A stretch of 64,000 nucleotides of DNA. Source: Hemiscyllium ocellatum (Eukaryota). The position numbers were made by a program, and so were the translations under genes. Positions 62,135-64,000 of this stretch are shown here, piece by piece (positions within the stretch are counted from its first letter, which is position 1; each line of letters begins with the position of its first letter). The stretch covers positions 4,295,239 through 4,359,238 of the forward strand of contig NW_026867487.1 of assembly GCF_020745735.1 (NCBI RefSeq), written 5' to 3'. The notes beneath the pieces are model-generated. The model searched no databases and had not been told where the DNA came from. It worked only from the letters and a program-made list of their open reading frames with translations.

Positions 62135-63223
62135 ATGTTACTGTCCGTTCTCTCTCTGACCTGCATTACCTCCATTGTTGGTAAGGAGTTTAAAAAGAAG
62201 TTAAATTGACGGTTTAATGTATTTGAGAGACAGAGTGCACGGATTTAACGAATATTAGAGCTACTTCAAAGCAAGCTTTGTACTTGCACGCAATTCTGGT
62301 CTCTGTCTTCCACAAAAAAGTAGGGATACAAAGTGCAACAGAAAAGTAATTTATACAGAAGTTACTGGAATTGAAATTAGGACAGAAATCAACATCTCCG
62401 CTTGCGTCCATTTCTCCCCTAAAAGGAACACTACAGGGTATCTAGATTGATGTCTTTATAATGGTGAAAGGATCTTATGTTCGGGTCACGAAGCAACATA
62501 GTACAGTTGAGGAGGATTCCAGGTTTATACATATAAATAAGCAAGGTTAAACGGCACAAAATTATCTATTGAGGATGTTAGGGGAAAAATAATAACAGCT
62601 GTTTATCCGGAGAACAGGTACAATAGGTTTTTATTAGCACAAGGGGTAGTTAGAGTGACGAAAAAAGATGCACTTAAAAGGAAAGCAGATAAGCAGGAGA
62701 GGGAGAAAGGGATTGAGAGACCCACTTTTAAAATGAAAGGGAGAAATAAGTGAGTATGCTTGTGGTTATTATGCACACAGCCATGAGGCCAACGACCTGA
62801 ACGAGCCACTTCTCCTCTAAATTATATCTATTTTGAAGATATCATCAATTTCTAAGTTTAGTTTACCTTAATCGAACATTTAATCTTTGTTTTCTGCTTT
62901 CCCTAATCTTGTGTTCTAGATCTGAGCGATGCAGTTCCTGTTAATCAACGGTATCTTTCGTTAACGCAGACAGAGGGACAAGATGTCACGTTAAATTGCA
63001 ACTACACTGAAGATGGTTATTACATATTCTGGTACCGTCAGTACTCAGGCAGAGAGCCAGAGTTTGCAGTTCGGAGGCACAAGAGCGGTGGTGCTGAATT
63101 GAAGGCAGATTTTGCTAGGACCGGGTTTTCTGTTACCTTCCAGAAGACAGAGAAGTTGTGCCAATTGACCATCTCGCAGCTTCTGCTGTCTGACACCGCC
63201 GTCTATTACTGTGCAATCAGCCT
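62135..63223 (+). CDS. Intact TCR alpha/delta-type V segment, family C copy 2 (leader 62135-62180; V exon 62920-63223)
   Basis: MLLSVLSLTCITSIVD|LSDAVPVNQRYLSLTQTEGQDVTLNCNYTEDGYYIFWYRQYSGREPEF...KTEKLCQLTISQLLLSDTAVYYCAIS; no stops. Absent from the ORF track because the exon has no start codon. Confidence 0.92.
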
Positions 63224-63262
63224 CACAGTGACAGAAAGGAGTGAAAGCCTTGTATAATAACT
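63224..63262 (+). other. 23-bp-spacer RSS
   Basis: CACAGTG / 23 nt / ATAATAACT. Confidence 0.88.
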
Positions 63263-64000
63263 GCCGCGTGTTTCCGGGTCACAGCTGCTGTTGTTGAGGG
63301 CTGTTTGTAACAGTAGGTTGCAGAATTAATCTTCATCTTCATGTGCAGGATATGTCCCAGAGGACTGATCCCGTCATCAGCATTTACACTTGTTCACTTC
63401 GCATGTTGTTTCTGATTCTTTCATTGTGTGAGGACCGAGTATCCTGCTGTTTATTTGGGAATGTCAAGAGACACCTCATTCAAATTCATTGAGAATCAAA
63501 TATATGCAGTTGGCCTGGCACTAACCATTTCCGTGTACCACCCTTTTCGAAATGAAATGGAACAAATAACTTTCAATGTGAAATTTCTTAATGGGGAGTA
63601 GAAAGTAGTGAGAAGAATCTTAATATTTAAACAAATCCAATTGAACAACTATTATAATACTAACAATAAAGGTTACATTCTACAACGTAACAAGTTAAAG
63701 GGCGTTATTTTCAGAATATGATGAGACGATAAGAACAATGATATTGACGGCAATAATCTGGAAGGACAGGCGTGGGGTTCTCTTGGATTACCTTTTATAT
63801 TCGAGGGAATATAAAAGCCTTTTAATTTTTAAATGTGCTAATTGTGCAGAACATTTGAAGGACGTTTAGATATCTGCACTCGCCAGCTAAGGCTGAATTA
63901 ATACTTGAATAACAATAATTATTTCATTTTTCCTCTTATCTATCCGGTGATTCTTTCCTGTTTCAGTAAAATATTCAGGAATGACTGGAAGAGTCAGGTC

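Larger units (their letters stand above)
55990..64000. repeat. Segmental duplication, copy B (runs off the window end)
   Basis: Collinear with 39040-49200; carries a large deletion at ~59860. Confidence 0.95.

Noticed and set aside
8091-63223. NAR-TCR, leaderless supporting V-delta, or IgH/TAILV identity for the intact V genes
   Set aside because: All intact V genes have their own leader exon and TCR-type motifs (WY.Q, short C-to-W spacing); none resembles IgNAR V or IgH V.
1-64000. CRISPR arrays, rRNA or true tRNA genes
   Set aside because: None seen; the tRNA-like A/B boxes belong to SINE heads.

Overview
Vertebrate genomic DNA, almost certainly a cartilaginous fish (HE1-type SINEs, shark-type CR1 and Penelope-like retroelements). 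The window is part of a T-cell receptor variable-segment array, most consistent with TCR alpha/delta. Each V gene has a 46-nt leader exon, a phase-1 intron, a V exon and a 23-bp-spacer RSS. I find 5 intact V genes: three of family A on the minus strand (8.1, 21.7, 29.9 kb) and two of family C on the plus strand (47.3-48.4, 62.1-63.2 kb). There are also 2 family-B V genes each broken by a different single stop codon, 2 truncated family-B fragments, 2 decayed minus-strand V pseudogenes and 1 leader-only remnant. A further family-A gene probably lies in the N-gap at 15.8 kb. The left 34 kb is a tandem array of ~8-kb units. The right half holds a ~10-kb segmental duplication (39.0-49.2 kb and 56.0-64.0+ kb). 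No D, J or C segments were found. I see no clear evidence of a wholly new system. The best leads are: opposite-polarity V clusters; CDR1-focused divergence; complementary stops in the family-B pair; a possible decayed B7/butyrophilin-like IgV relic in a conserved island; and a templated inverted insertion. All alignments and counts were done by eye.
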